Source: Lingula anatina
Taxonomy: Eukaryota > Animalia > Brachiopoda
NCBI GenBank assembly: GCA_051362555.1
Contig: CM120643.1
Span: 26,788,848 to 26,852,847 of the forward strand
Direction: 5' to 3'
Length of the DNA: 64,000 nt
Part shown: piece after piece, positions 1 to 12,600 of the stretch
How positions within the stretch are numbered: the stretch's first letter is position 1
Layout of the letters: the number at the start of each line of letters is the position of its first letter
Program-made: the position numbers and the translations under genes
Notes under the pieces: model-generated
What the model was told of the DNA's origin: nothing
Database searches by the model: none
Seen by the model: the letters and a program-made list of their open reading frames with translations, nothing else

Positions 1-3000
1 GGAAAGGGTAAGTGGAGACCATGGAACTATTTTACAAGTTGTTCTATACCAAACATTGAACATAACTTTAAGGTTGTGAAAATTTGATCTGGTTCAACTC
101 AAACCTTGCTTGGCATATGCAGATACTAGTAGTGCTCTTAATATGTCAGTCCATGGTTCACTGGGACGGGAAGATTTCAGTAAACAACTAGTATACTTTA
201 TAAAAAGTTACAGTCAAAGATGACTTCTGTAGATAATGGACATTTTATCAAAGTCAATTCCCTGAGTATCCTCTAGGTCAACTAAACTAGTAACTTTTGA
301 AAAAAAAAATTTTTTTTACCAATCCAGTGTCGTAGCTGCTGTTGGTAGTTATTTGCCTAGGTGACTAACATTACATGGCTAACATAACATGGCTAACATA
401 ACATGGCATATGTATGTTATCATGTCTGTGGCAGTATGTGTCATTAAAAATTGATTTCACATTTCCTATAGGAAACTAAAAACAGATGTTAAGAGTTTTT
501 CATTGTTATTTGTGTTTTATTTTCAGCTGCTAGGGCTGGATGGATCTCTGGTATTCCTGGTAAGTTACAATTATTTGTTTTTATATTTTAAACAGAACTT
601 TTTTGTAATTAATATAAAAGCAAATTTCTAAGTAATGTCTTAAAATTGCTATGTGAATTAATGTAATAAAAAAAATTAAATTATCATTGATTATTATTGA
701 CCCTTTATTTAATAGAACTTTAAGCAAATATAGCTTCAGGCTTCAGAAAATAGCGATAAAAAGAAATTAAGTATTCAGTTTAGTGTTACTAAGTAAAATT
801 TCATTTAAGATGCATTATTTATTCTAAGAGATAAAAAAAATATGTGTGCCATACATTTAATTGGCAGAATTTTAAACATGCTTCTTTAAAGTATGAATAT
901 ATTTTGTATGTTTTTATTTCAGGAACATGTGTTTTGGGTGGTCTCACTAAATACTCTCTTTATCTTAGTGTTTGGTAAGTGCCATATCAGCTCAGTCTAA
1001 ACTATATGAAAATTATTATATGTGTTCAATTATTAGCACTCTGCACTCTGCCAGATACAGTTTGCCAATGACTAAGTTAACAGTGTCACATGATAAGGAA
1101 TCTGTGATAAGTCAGGTAAATGTTGTTTAATATTGAAAATAAGTTTATAAAAGAAAAAATTATTTTGTGTAATGCCAACATTAATGCTATAGATGAATAA
1201 TAGTGCCTTATTATCCTCAAACTCAGTGGGTTTATTCATATCATGTTAATACAGCCAGATCAAAAGTTTGAATAGCAGCTTTATTGGAATATTTTTGCTA
1301 TCTTATCTTTTTAATTTTTTTTTCAATCACTTGTCATTTTCAAGATGTGACTTTTAACTCCCATCCACCTGATTATGCTGTTTATTATTGTGTAATACTG
1401 CATCAAAATTGATAAAAAAATATTTTATACACATCATTATTTTCTGCTTTGTGTTTTTACATTTGGATGTTTTGCTATCTTGTATGCTACTTAATTTGAA
1501 ATTTGTCAGAAAAGTGCACAATGTTCAGTTGCTTAGCATTTTAAAGAATGTAATTTTTTCAAGTATTGGAATACTTTCACTTTCCCATTCCTTTGAGCCA
1601 CAACCAGGTCTCCATCCTTGTTAATGGTACATCCCCATGGGTATTCTAGTCCATCAGCTTCAGTTGCTATGTACTGGATAAACTTCCCATCTGGGGATAC
1701 AAGGTGCATGCAGTGGTTATCAACATCTGTAACCAGTATGTTGTCATATGCATCAACACAGACACCATGGGGTCGACCTAACTTGTTATCAGGTCCTGTG
1801 TACTGATACAGTGGGTCACCAGATGGGGTTAGGATGTGAAGTTTGTTTGGTGTTTCATCACTAACAACAAGGCACCCATTGCTCATATATGCTACTTTAT
1901 ATGGTGAATTGAACAACTGCTCCCCATTTTTGTCCTTTATCACACCAGTTAAAGTTATTTGCCCTTTGATATCAAAACTGAACACACTCACAGACTTTTC
2001 TTTATAATGCTGCGCCACAGCAATCTTAGTGCAGATGTCATTGAGAGCCACACCATATGGGCTGCTGACATCTACAGTTTGCTGTACTTCCCACTGTGGT
2101 GACAGGATGAACAGTTTGTTATTATCTCTACAGGCTAGAACCAACCTTCCATCAGGGAAGTGACAGATGCCTACTGGAAATTTCAGCTGTTTGCCTGAGA
2201 CACTGGTGATCTCTTGCCTTGATGTACCATGTGAACTAAAAACCCTGACCTTGTTGTACATGTCATGTGTAGTAACATACTCCCTGTTTGGACTTGCTGA
2301 AATGTCCACTGGTCTCAGACAGCCAGTGTCAAACTTCAGCATACATTCAGCCTTTGGTTTGAGCTTGGGCAAAGCTGGTTGGCTAGATATCCGCACATTC
2401 CCCAGGCCAGCCCCACTGGATATCTCTTGATCCACTTCTGTGGTGATGGTTAGTGTGAGTTTTAGTTCCTCTGGAATATCATCCACAGCTGAAGTGGACT
2501 GTAGCTCATCTAGTCTCTGTCCAAGTTGCTGTTGTAACATGAGGACATCTATGGGAGCACCCTGGTGAAGGATGTTCTTTACTACATCTGTTGTGGTTTT
2601 GATAGAGGAGCAAGTGGCACTGCAGTTTTTGCGGGAAGCTTGTAAATTATTTCTATGAGTGCTGGTGGTTTGATGAAGCTCCTGTAGTAAGGTTTTCTCT
2701 CGTTGATCTACCAGTTGATGTAGATGAGCTGCACGAGCTTTGATCTTCTGCTGAACAAAGCTTTCATTTTCTTGGAGGGTTGCCAATATTTCATCAATTT
2801 TAGCTATTGTTTTCTCACCTGTTTCAAATTTTTTCTCCATGCTACAGAATTTGGTCAAAAGTTTTGGCATTACCATCTCTGCAGCTTTTTCAAAGGAGAT
2901 GAGTTTGTGACCATCATGGTTTAGATCTCTGCAGTCACGACAAATGGGGACAGTGCAGTCTGAACAAAAATATCGTATCATCTCACCTTTGTGCTCTGGG

Positions 3001-6000
3001 CAGAAAATTTTCTGCTGCTCTTGGATTTCTTTTTGATACTCACTGCTGTGAAGTTGTTGAAAAGTGAGTACCCTGTGATCTTTAGTGAGTGTGGTAGCAC
3101 AGTGGAATGGAGCACATCTGTCGCATAGGTAGTCCTTGCAGGTGATACATTTTGAAGTAGCCACTGTTTCAGTTTGGGACAACAAAACACAAAAGCTGCA
3201 CTTTTTCTTATGTGTTGACTGAAGTACAGTGTCCTGCAACCTTTCAATGAAGGAATTGTGAGTGAAGCCCTCAAGGCCATCTTTAGGAACTTCAGTCTCT
3301 TTCTGACACACAGGACATTGGAATTTACTTCCTGGTGTTGAGTGTGAAATATAAGTCTTCAGACAACCTTTACAAAATGTATGCCTACATGGTAAATCTG
3401 TCGGGTCTTTGTACTCAACAAGGCATAATGGACAGCTGACAAAATATTCAGTTATTTTGGCTTGTAGGCTTTCTTCTCTGTCATCACTAGCTGTAGCCAT
3501 TTTGGAGGTGTGTAGCGAACCTTTCTATGTAGAGCAGTTATCTCTTTTCAGCAGTAAACTGGTGGGAGAGAATGGACTATGAATGTGTATTCAGCAGAGT
3601 TATAACGGTTATGATTTATCTTATCATTAACTCAGTTGCCTCTCGTCTAAGGCCACAGCAGTTTGTTTCTGCATTTCACTACATATAAGGAGTCAAGAAT
3701 GTGTTTAGTTTTATTTCACCAGTGAAGAAGTGAAGTAGACTATGGAGTAGGTAGTCAGTTCTGGTTGATGGATTCAGTGAGAGCTGTAATTACAGTGCAG
3801 GTATCTTGCAGTGAAGACACAGGTGCTCTTTATCTTGTGAAGTCTCCATTTGGGCTGTAAACACAACTCCTGCCATCTCTAGGTGTGCAGGTAGTGTGCC
3901 TCAAATGATCTGAATCTGCAATTTCAGATCACAGATGACCTTACCTGGTCTTAATCTTTATAGAAATGGCCTTAACGTGGACTGACCCTGCTTTTAAGAT
4001 AAAAATGTTCTTACCCTGGATGAGGAAGACTATTATCAGACTGAGATCTAGTAAAGTGGTAAAGCAATTATCTCCCCCCCCCCCACACACACTCACACAC
4101 TCACACACACATTATCCATATTTCCTTAAGGCCTTGTTGCATATTCTAAATGTCCATGTTACCAGTGGTGCACAATAAATATTTGGTGCGATTATGCTGT
4201 TGAGCATTATGTAAAATTGCATCAAAACGGACCAGAAAAAACATTGTTCACAAGAATAATTATTTTCTGCCTTGTGTCTGTACATTTGGCAGCTCTGCTG
4301 GCTTGTTAAGAATAGTAAAGAAATTAATGGGCCAGTTCATGTTTTAGTCTTAGTATTTTAGTCTAAGTTTTCACTTCATTTCTTTGTACCCCAATAAGAT
4401 GGTGCCTTTTTATCTCAAAACACCTTACCTGGGGTGTACCATGGGGGTGGCTGGATGATGGGGTGTACCATGGGGGTGGCTGGATGATGGGGTGTACCAT
4501 GGGGGTGGCTGGGGGGGGGGTGAACCTTGTGTTCAAAACATGTTTGACATTTATGAACTGCCACAATATTTGAATCACAGATCTCTGATCCGACCTTGGA
4601 AATGTGTATATCAATTTAAGAATTATTACATTTTTTTCTCTCAGTTTTCAGTGATTTAAAGATCTGTTGACCAACATATTTTTTCTACTTTGTTCCAAAT
4701 GATTTTTGTTACATGTTTTGGAATAGATTAAATATGTCCACTTAAGTTCAACTGTTTTTCTCTTTTATTGCAGCATTCTGTCCATACCATATTGGTCATT
4801 TTACCATCATGGGGATTAAAGTCAATGAGTTGGTAAGTGAATAGAAAACATAATGATATTTTAGCAGTTTATGATAATAAAACATTATAAGTTTTGAACA
4901 GGAGTCATTAACTTAATTTCTGCAAAGTAGTGTAAATTTTGTGCTGGAATTGTCTGACTTTTTCCTGACCGAAAAAAAAAAAAAAAAAAAAAAAAACTAA
5001 ATTTTGAACAAGGTTGAAATGTCATGCCTGTCAATGCCCTATCATTACTCAAATACCACTGGAAAATTAGCAAGAAAATGGAGAAAATAAAGGGAAATGG
5101 TTTTTCCTGGAATTGACAATTATAGTTACTCTATTAGTGACTGTCACGACAGTCTGCACTGGTCCCACGCCAAGTTTCATGAAAACCAAAGCTGAAGTTG
5201 TAAAATTTTGTAATTTTGTTCAGTTAGTGGGTGTTGTTTCTGCTTTGAACCAGTAGATTTTGAGACTCTGACATACTAAGGGGCCCATAGGTCAAAAAGG
5301 ACAGACTGTTCTTCTTGTTCCAATTTGTGACATGGTCTCTCTTATGGAGCTGATAACTTGTAGTCAGATATACATCATTTATTGCTTCATTTGTGCAGGA
5401 ACACATATAAATGATCAGATAAGTTGTAAAATGAAAGTAAGAATAAATAAATAATAAATTAATTAATAAATAATTAAATAAATACATAAATACCTTAAAT
5501 AAATGGACATACCTACATGTACACATGAATATTTATGTATGAAAAAATTGTGCTGGTGCTTGTGTGCATGAGCACATTTTTGTGTGTGTTATAAAATTAT
5601 GGATAAGACTCTAAGGTGGGTCTGTCCTTTTTCAAACCATGGTTCTTTTTGTTCCTGAGGAACTGGATTTTTTGAGAGTTGTGCCACTATAATTACCTGC
5701 CATGGTATTAAACCTGTGATATTACATGCATGCTGTGGAAATGAAAATCTTACAAGACCATGGTGGTGACTCTTTATATGATAGTGAGAATAAGAGGAAG
5801 TTTTGCAAAGACAGAGTTGGACATTGTCACTTTTTATGTCCATTCCAATTGGGAACAAGTGGCAATTCTATTCCAATTTTAAATCTTTGTTTTTTTCATA
5901 GGTCCAGGCTAGTCAATTTGAAGGTCTAGTCACCACTCTAACAGGATACACCGTGATTGCTCTCTCCCTAGTTGTACTTCACACCCTAGCAGCACTGGTG

Positions 6001-6615
6001 AAATTTAACAAGTAAGATTGCCTTGTTTCATGATTTATGTTATATTTTATGACAATAATTCTGATGAGGGCTTTTTTAAGATGTTGAAACATATTTTAAA
6101 TTTTAAAAACAGAAAAGTTTTCTGTTTTTTAATGATTAAGCTGAAACGTTTTATGACTTTTTTCAAATTGTATATTTGTTTTCTTTTTATTATATGCACC
6201 TTTGTTTATAATAGTATTGTTATACAGATAGCAATTGGAACTTTGTATTTTAGGTCTTGACATTTATTATCTTTTTTTTGCCAGATCAAAGCGTATAATC
6301 GGCCTGTGTTATTTGGTGGTAAAGGTGGCGCTACTGGTGGTGGTCGAGATCGGAATCTTTCCTCTGATATGTGGATGGTGGCTGGACATCTGCTCATTGG
6401 TAAGTTTGTATAGACAGGGCCGTAGCGATAGTCCGAAGGTTCAATAGTCCGAAGGTTCATTGGTCCGAATGTTCACTATAGAACCTTCGGACCAATGAAC
6501 CCTTGATTAAAAAATCGATGAAAATGTTACCACTTTTCGGACCAATGAACCTTTGGACCAATGAACCTTCGGACTATCGAGACGCCCCCGTATAGACCAT
6601 GCTCCATTTATAATA

Positions 6616-6652
<37 letters not shown>

Positions 6653-9600
6653 TAGTAATAATATTATAATAATATGTGTTGGTTTTAAAAATGTAATTAA
6701 TTAAAAAATTTATGTACGATGAAAATGGATTTTATATGTTGTATTTGAAAAATAGACATATTATTATTTATATTACATTAATTATTCACTTAAAGTTGGT
6801 GTCAGAAGGGTGGTTAATAAAAGATTAAGTTGGCTCTTGCTGGAATTATAGCTGTTCTCACTATATTGTGTGCCTTTGTTGTAGGCAATGTTCGATGCCA
6901 CTTTAAAAGACCGAGAAAAGAGTTTCAGTAACGCTCCCGGAACATCCATGTTTATTCACTGGCTTGTAGGGATGGTTTACGTCTTCTACTTCGCCTCCTT
7001 TATCTTGCTTCTGAGAGAGGTTCTGAGACCAGGAGTGCTCTGGTTTCTGAGAAACTTAAATGATCCTGAGTTTAACCCCATACAAGAGGTAAGTGGTGAA
7101 AGGAAATTTAAAAGAGAGTTATAAAACCTGCCAAGATTAATTACAGAAATGTTACAAAGTATAAAAAGCAATTAATGATCCAGAGTTTAACCCCATACAA
7201 GAGGTAAGTGGTGGGAGGAAAAGAGAGATATGACACCTGCCAAGATAAGTACGGAAAGGTTACAAATTATAATAGTAAGCAATTAATGATCCTGGGTTTA
7301 ACCCCACACAAGAGGTAAGTTGTGGGAGGAAAAGAAAGCTACCTGCCAAGAAATGTTACAAATTATAATTATCAATGATTCAGAGTTTAACCTGATATAA
7401 TACTTATTAGTTGTGAGAGGAAAAGATATTTGTTATACCTGCCAAGATTAAGCACAGAAACGTTATAAATTATAATTAGCAGTGATTTACAGTTAAACCA
7501 AATACAAGAGGTTAGTGGTGAGAGAGGAATAGAGTTAAGGCACCTGCCAAGATTTAGCAAGGAAATGTTACAAATTATAATTAGCAATTATTCAAAGTTT
7601 AACTCGATATAAAAGGTTACTCATGGTGAGAGGAAAAAGAGTCATAATACCCTCCAAGATTAGGCACAGAAATATGACAAATTATAATTAGCAGTGATTC
7701 AAAATTTTCAAATGTGATATAAGAGGCTAGTGGTGAGAGGAAAAGAGTCATTATACACTCCAAGATTAGGCTCAGAAATATGACAAATTATATTTATTGT
7801 ATTTTGTACCTCCTATGCCTCTGTTCTATTAGGACTAAGGAACACCAAGCCTGTAGATTGTTATAGAAAATTGGCCAGGGATAGGTTGCACTTTATTAGT
7901 TCAGTCCTAAAGTTTTTATCTGTTGGTTAAATACATATAATATGTAGCTGTCCAAACAGATATCTTCTAGGGAAATTGTTTCCACTTCATTACTTAATGA
8001 AGGTGTTTTGTTAGGTGCTGAAAAGTGGGAAACAAATAACTTATGTTTAGATATTAATGGGAAAAATACTATTGTTGTAATTTTGAGTGTATAATGCTAC
8101 GCCAAAGAAATGAATTTTGATCCACAATAAGCATTATTTGGTATTAATTGCCAGTTAGGTTTCCCAGAGGTGTATAAATTCCTACTTGGTTACTATTGTT
8201 CTTTTCCTGGCTAACAGCTATATTTCAGCATGTTCTTGTGATTCATTGTAGATTGAAATGGAAAGATAAATATTCTCTTCCTGATGTTGTTACGACATGT
8301 CCTGAACTACTTTTTCATTGTCAACGTTGGAGGTTATTTTCTTTCATGATTTTTTTGTTTGTTTGTTAGAGCACGCTTGTTGACGTGCTGACAGTACAGT
8401 TATTTGGACATGGAGTTTTTCTAACCTAATCAGTTTTTTTTTTCATATTGTTTGCCAAGGAAGTTGTGGTATGAGAGCTAATAATTGTGGATAGAATTTT
8501 TTTTATTGTGGTCTGAACAGATGCTGTACATAATAGTACATTCATATTATATCTATAGACTAGGGTTGAATGATGACATTACAGACCGAAACTGATGCAA
8601 ATATCAGAGGACACCAAATTATCTGGTATAAGCTCGAGCTTGAAAACAGTAGTGTGGTTTCTGGAAAATGACATTTTTAGACAAAGGAAATGACATTTTT
8701 AGACAAAATAAATTGTTTTCCTCAAGATGTTGGTTTTATAACTTATATAATTAGTTTATTTTTAGGCTTTTCTTGATACAGTAAAATTTTCAGACTTATT
8801 TTCTCTGCCAACAAATAAGGTGAAGGTTTTATCAGGTTTGTTTTTTCTTTTTGGTTTGTTTGTAAGTGACTAAGTCAACAAGATATCACAATTTTGATGA
8901 ATGGACTGTTATTCAACTGAATCAAAGGTCTCTGAAGATATTCCTGGTTGTAGTTTTATTGCCTTTTTACCTTGCAAGGTCTTCTCTCAAGGAATGCTCT
9001 ACAAATGATTTATTCTTTCAGAGGAAAAAAAGCTTTTAATTGAAACATATCTAAGTAAATTTTCTTATTTTTCTAGTTACAGTAATAGTTTCTGAAATTC
9101 ATACAAATGTAATTAATAAATTTCCACAAAACAATATTGTTATAGAAATTCTTACACAATCTTGATGTTTTAAAAGTTTTGAAAAGTTTGCTGATGTAAA
9201 GTGCACTGAAATGAGGAACTAAACCTTGGCAAAGGGTCATTCAAACAACTGAGTTGTTTGGAATATTGGAATACCTAAGGTAGTCAGTTATAAAAGAACA
9301 TTATATCAGCCATGATAAAAATGTTAATGGTGAATAGCTAATGAATTTTCTTTCCATTATTTCCCCGGCTAGATGATCCACCTGCCAGTGTTGAGACACA
9401 TGAGGAGGTTTTTGGCAAGCATGGTAGGTTTGTGGTTATATCCAAATAAAATTAATATGATTCCATGAATTTCTACTTTAACCATTTACCAAGTAAAGTT
9501 GAAGTTGTAAAGTAAAGAAATCTGAAAGTTTTTAACATTTACCATATCTTACCTTTTCGAAAACATGCTTGAACTGTTTTTCTTTGTAGCTGACTACTAC

Positions 9601-12600
9601 CAAATCTTGGGTTAAAGATAACTAAAATTTCATTTTTAAGTTAAGACCAGTTTTTAACTAAGTTGTATTGTGAAATTAGACGTGTGCAATAATTGGGCTT
9701 CCTGATAAAAAATCCCATGTAATCAAGAGTGAATGCATGCCTTACATAACAGTGTCTATTTGAATTTTTATTTGCCTGACTGAAGCATCATATTCAATTA
9801 AGACAAACTTTCATTGTAAGTTATTTTGCAACATTAAACCTTGCTTTACACCTTGTGGTGCCACTTTTTTCATTGGTTAAAAATCATTTCTAAAGAAACA
9901 TTACACTTTTAACCTTTGAGGCATGGTATTTCAGTTCTTCATCAAAAGGCCTTGATCACAATTTTACCATCTTTACACAAGAGGTGAAGAGAAAGCTATT
10001 TCACCTCACTGTGGTCTTGTCTTGCAGGTGATATTTGGTACCACGGTTCTCCTGATGCTGTGGCTCCCAGTTCAGTTGATCAAGAAACTGATCCCAGGAT
10101 TTCTACCTTACCATATTATGTTATCAAGGTAACTATGGGACCATTCACAATGAGTTATGTCCACCTAGCTAATACACACAAACTGTATCAGGGACCATTC
10201 ACAATGAGTTATGTCCACCTAGCTAATACACACTTACTGTATCAGGGACCATTCACAATAAGTTATGTCCACCTAGCTAATACACACTAACTGTATCAGG
10301 GACCATTCACAATGAGTTATGTCCACCTAGCTAATACACACAAACTGTATCTGGTCTTGCTGAATGCAATCAGATTTACAGACTGACCAATCTCATGTCA
10401 TTGAGTAGAATATAGTAAAAACTGGTGATCATATTAGTACATTGGAAACGAGGAGGCACATTAGTCTTTTCGCATTATCTGAAGGCAATAGTCCCTTTGG
10501 AGTTTGTGTGCATTATTTAGTCGACGAAATTCATTGTAAATGGTTCCTAGGAGAATTATCATGTCAACATATGTTTTTTAAAATAAAATTTCAATTATAC
10601 ATGATACAAACTAGACAGTCACTCCAAGAGTACAGACCTCTGCTAAGGCATTTCAGTTCTCATTATTAATAAATTATTTGAAAATTGGATCAGCACCAAA
10701 ATCTTAGGTAGCCCATTTTGAACCATTCTGAAAATTTGACATAAATTTGGCTAGAACTATTGGAAATCTTGGAGCTTGTTTACTATCTTGGTAGCTGTAA
10801 TAATGTATATTTTGCTTTCTTAAGCAACTGAAGTTACTGGTTAAAACAGCAATGATCAATAATCAGGCCTGTAGCCTGCAAATTCAAAAGGGGATTCTTT
10901 TTCTGAAAAAGTGGACCTTTTACAATGAAACTTATGTGTACCTAGATACAATTTTACCCAAAATGGACCTTTTCCTGACAAAAGGGGCGGATCTTTCGCA
11001 CCTCCCGAACCCCCCTGGCTACGGGCCTGATAATAATAATAATACATGTGGCTAGTGTGATATCACTACTTTACCTCTGAGCCTTCATGTGTTCCAGTGA
11101 TGCCCCAGTCAGTGAGTTGTCCCTGGAGCTCCTTCTCCTCCAGGTGGTGCTGCCAGCTCTCCTGGAGCAGGGTCACACCAGGACCTGGCTGAAGGGTCTG
11201 GTCAGGGGGTGGACAGTGGGCGTGGCCTGGCTGCTGGACCTCAAGTCTTATCTCCTGGGGGATTCACCAGAGGTAAGGTCAGGGGCCTGGGGCAAGAATA
11301 GTTTTTCAATATTTTGGGGCTCAGACTGATAGACATTGACTATGTTATAAAAGTAAGCTTTTGATTTTGGTTGAGAAGTCTTCTATGGACATTTAGCCCT
11401 CGGTAAGGGCAGTTGGTACTCTAATATGGACTGTTGTCATGACTGTGCCCTAGGAGCAGATAAAGGTGTCTTGAAAATAATTTCATTGAATGTAATATAT
11501 ATAATTGTGTGAAAAAATTGTATTGATCTATTTCTGTAGGACACTGATGGTGCAGAGAGAGTTGCTCCAAATATAATATTACCAGCACAGCCAGGTCAGC
11601 AGGGGGCAGCACAAGCTGTACAAGAGGAGCTGGGGAACCAGGGGGCAGCACAAGAGGCAGAGCACCAAGGAGGAGCAGAAGAAGCTGTAGATTTACTTGG
11701 TCACCAGGGGGCAGCACTACAAGCTGTCAATTTGTTGGACCACCAGGAGGCAGCACAAAATGTTGAAGCCCCTGTTGGGGCAGTTCAACATGGTGCAGGT
11801 CACCAGGGGGCAGCACATGGGGCTGCTGGTCACCAGGGGGCAGTACATGGAGCTGCAGGTCACCAGGTGGCAGCACATGGGGCTGCAGGTCACCAGGGGG
11901 CAGCCCAAGCTGTTGGAAATTTGGGTGCAATTCATCAAGCATTACTGCATCAGGGAGGACCCTCAGGCTATCAGCCTTTTCACAAACCAAGTTTTTTCTT
12001 CATTAGGGTAAGAGCAACACTTGTTTCATAATTTTGTTTATTTGTACATATTTACTCAAATGAAAATCAAGATAAAAAAATCAGTTTGTGCATGTAGATA
12101 ATTTGATTTCTAAAATCCAATTTTTCTTCTGCAGATGATGCTGTTGTTTGTCTTGATGTGGTCCACACTATTTCTTGCCAGCCTAGTCACCTTAATCTTG
12201 CCAGGTAAGTTAATTACTATTTCTTTCCAGCCTAGTCACCTTAATCTTGCCAGGTAAGTTAATTACTATTTCTTGCCAGCCTAGTCACCTTAATCTTGCC
12301 AGGTAAGTTAACTACTGCTTTTATAAATGAGTTGGTCATAGTAATCTTATAACCCCTTGCAGAATTTCATGGGAAAGTTTTAGGCCAAGGACTTTAGGCC
12401 CAAAGTTTATTCACACTTTAAGACTGAAATCTTTAGAAATGGAAACTTATACTACTGTGATTTATATTTATTTCTATGTCTGTCATCTGATGTTTCTTGG
12501 GAATCATTCATCAAGCTTTTCTTTTACTGTAAATTGAAAATTTCAGTATTCTTTGGTTGCCTGCTGATGTTTCTTTGAATGGGGACCTTAAGGATCGATC

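Noticed and set aside
10137-10351. Regular repeats as a possible CRISPR array (also 33391-33527 and 12168-12314)
   Set aside because: Head-to-tail units with no unique spacers, no cas genes, and a eukaryotic intron/intergenic context
11421-11990. Minus-strand and alternative-frame ORFs with LPPGD / CPLVT / VTRGQ repeats
   Set aside because: Shadow frames of the 30-bp coding repeat in the MARCH6 exon
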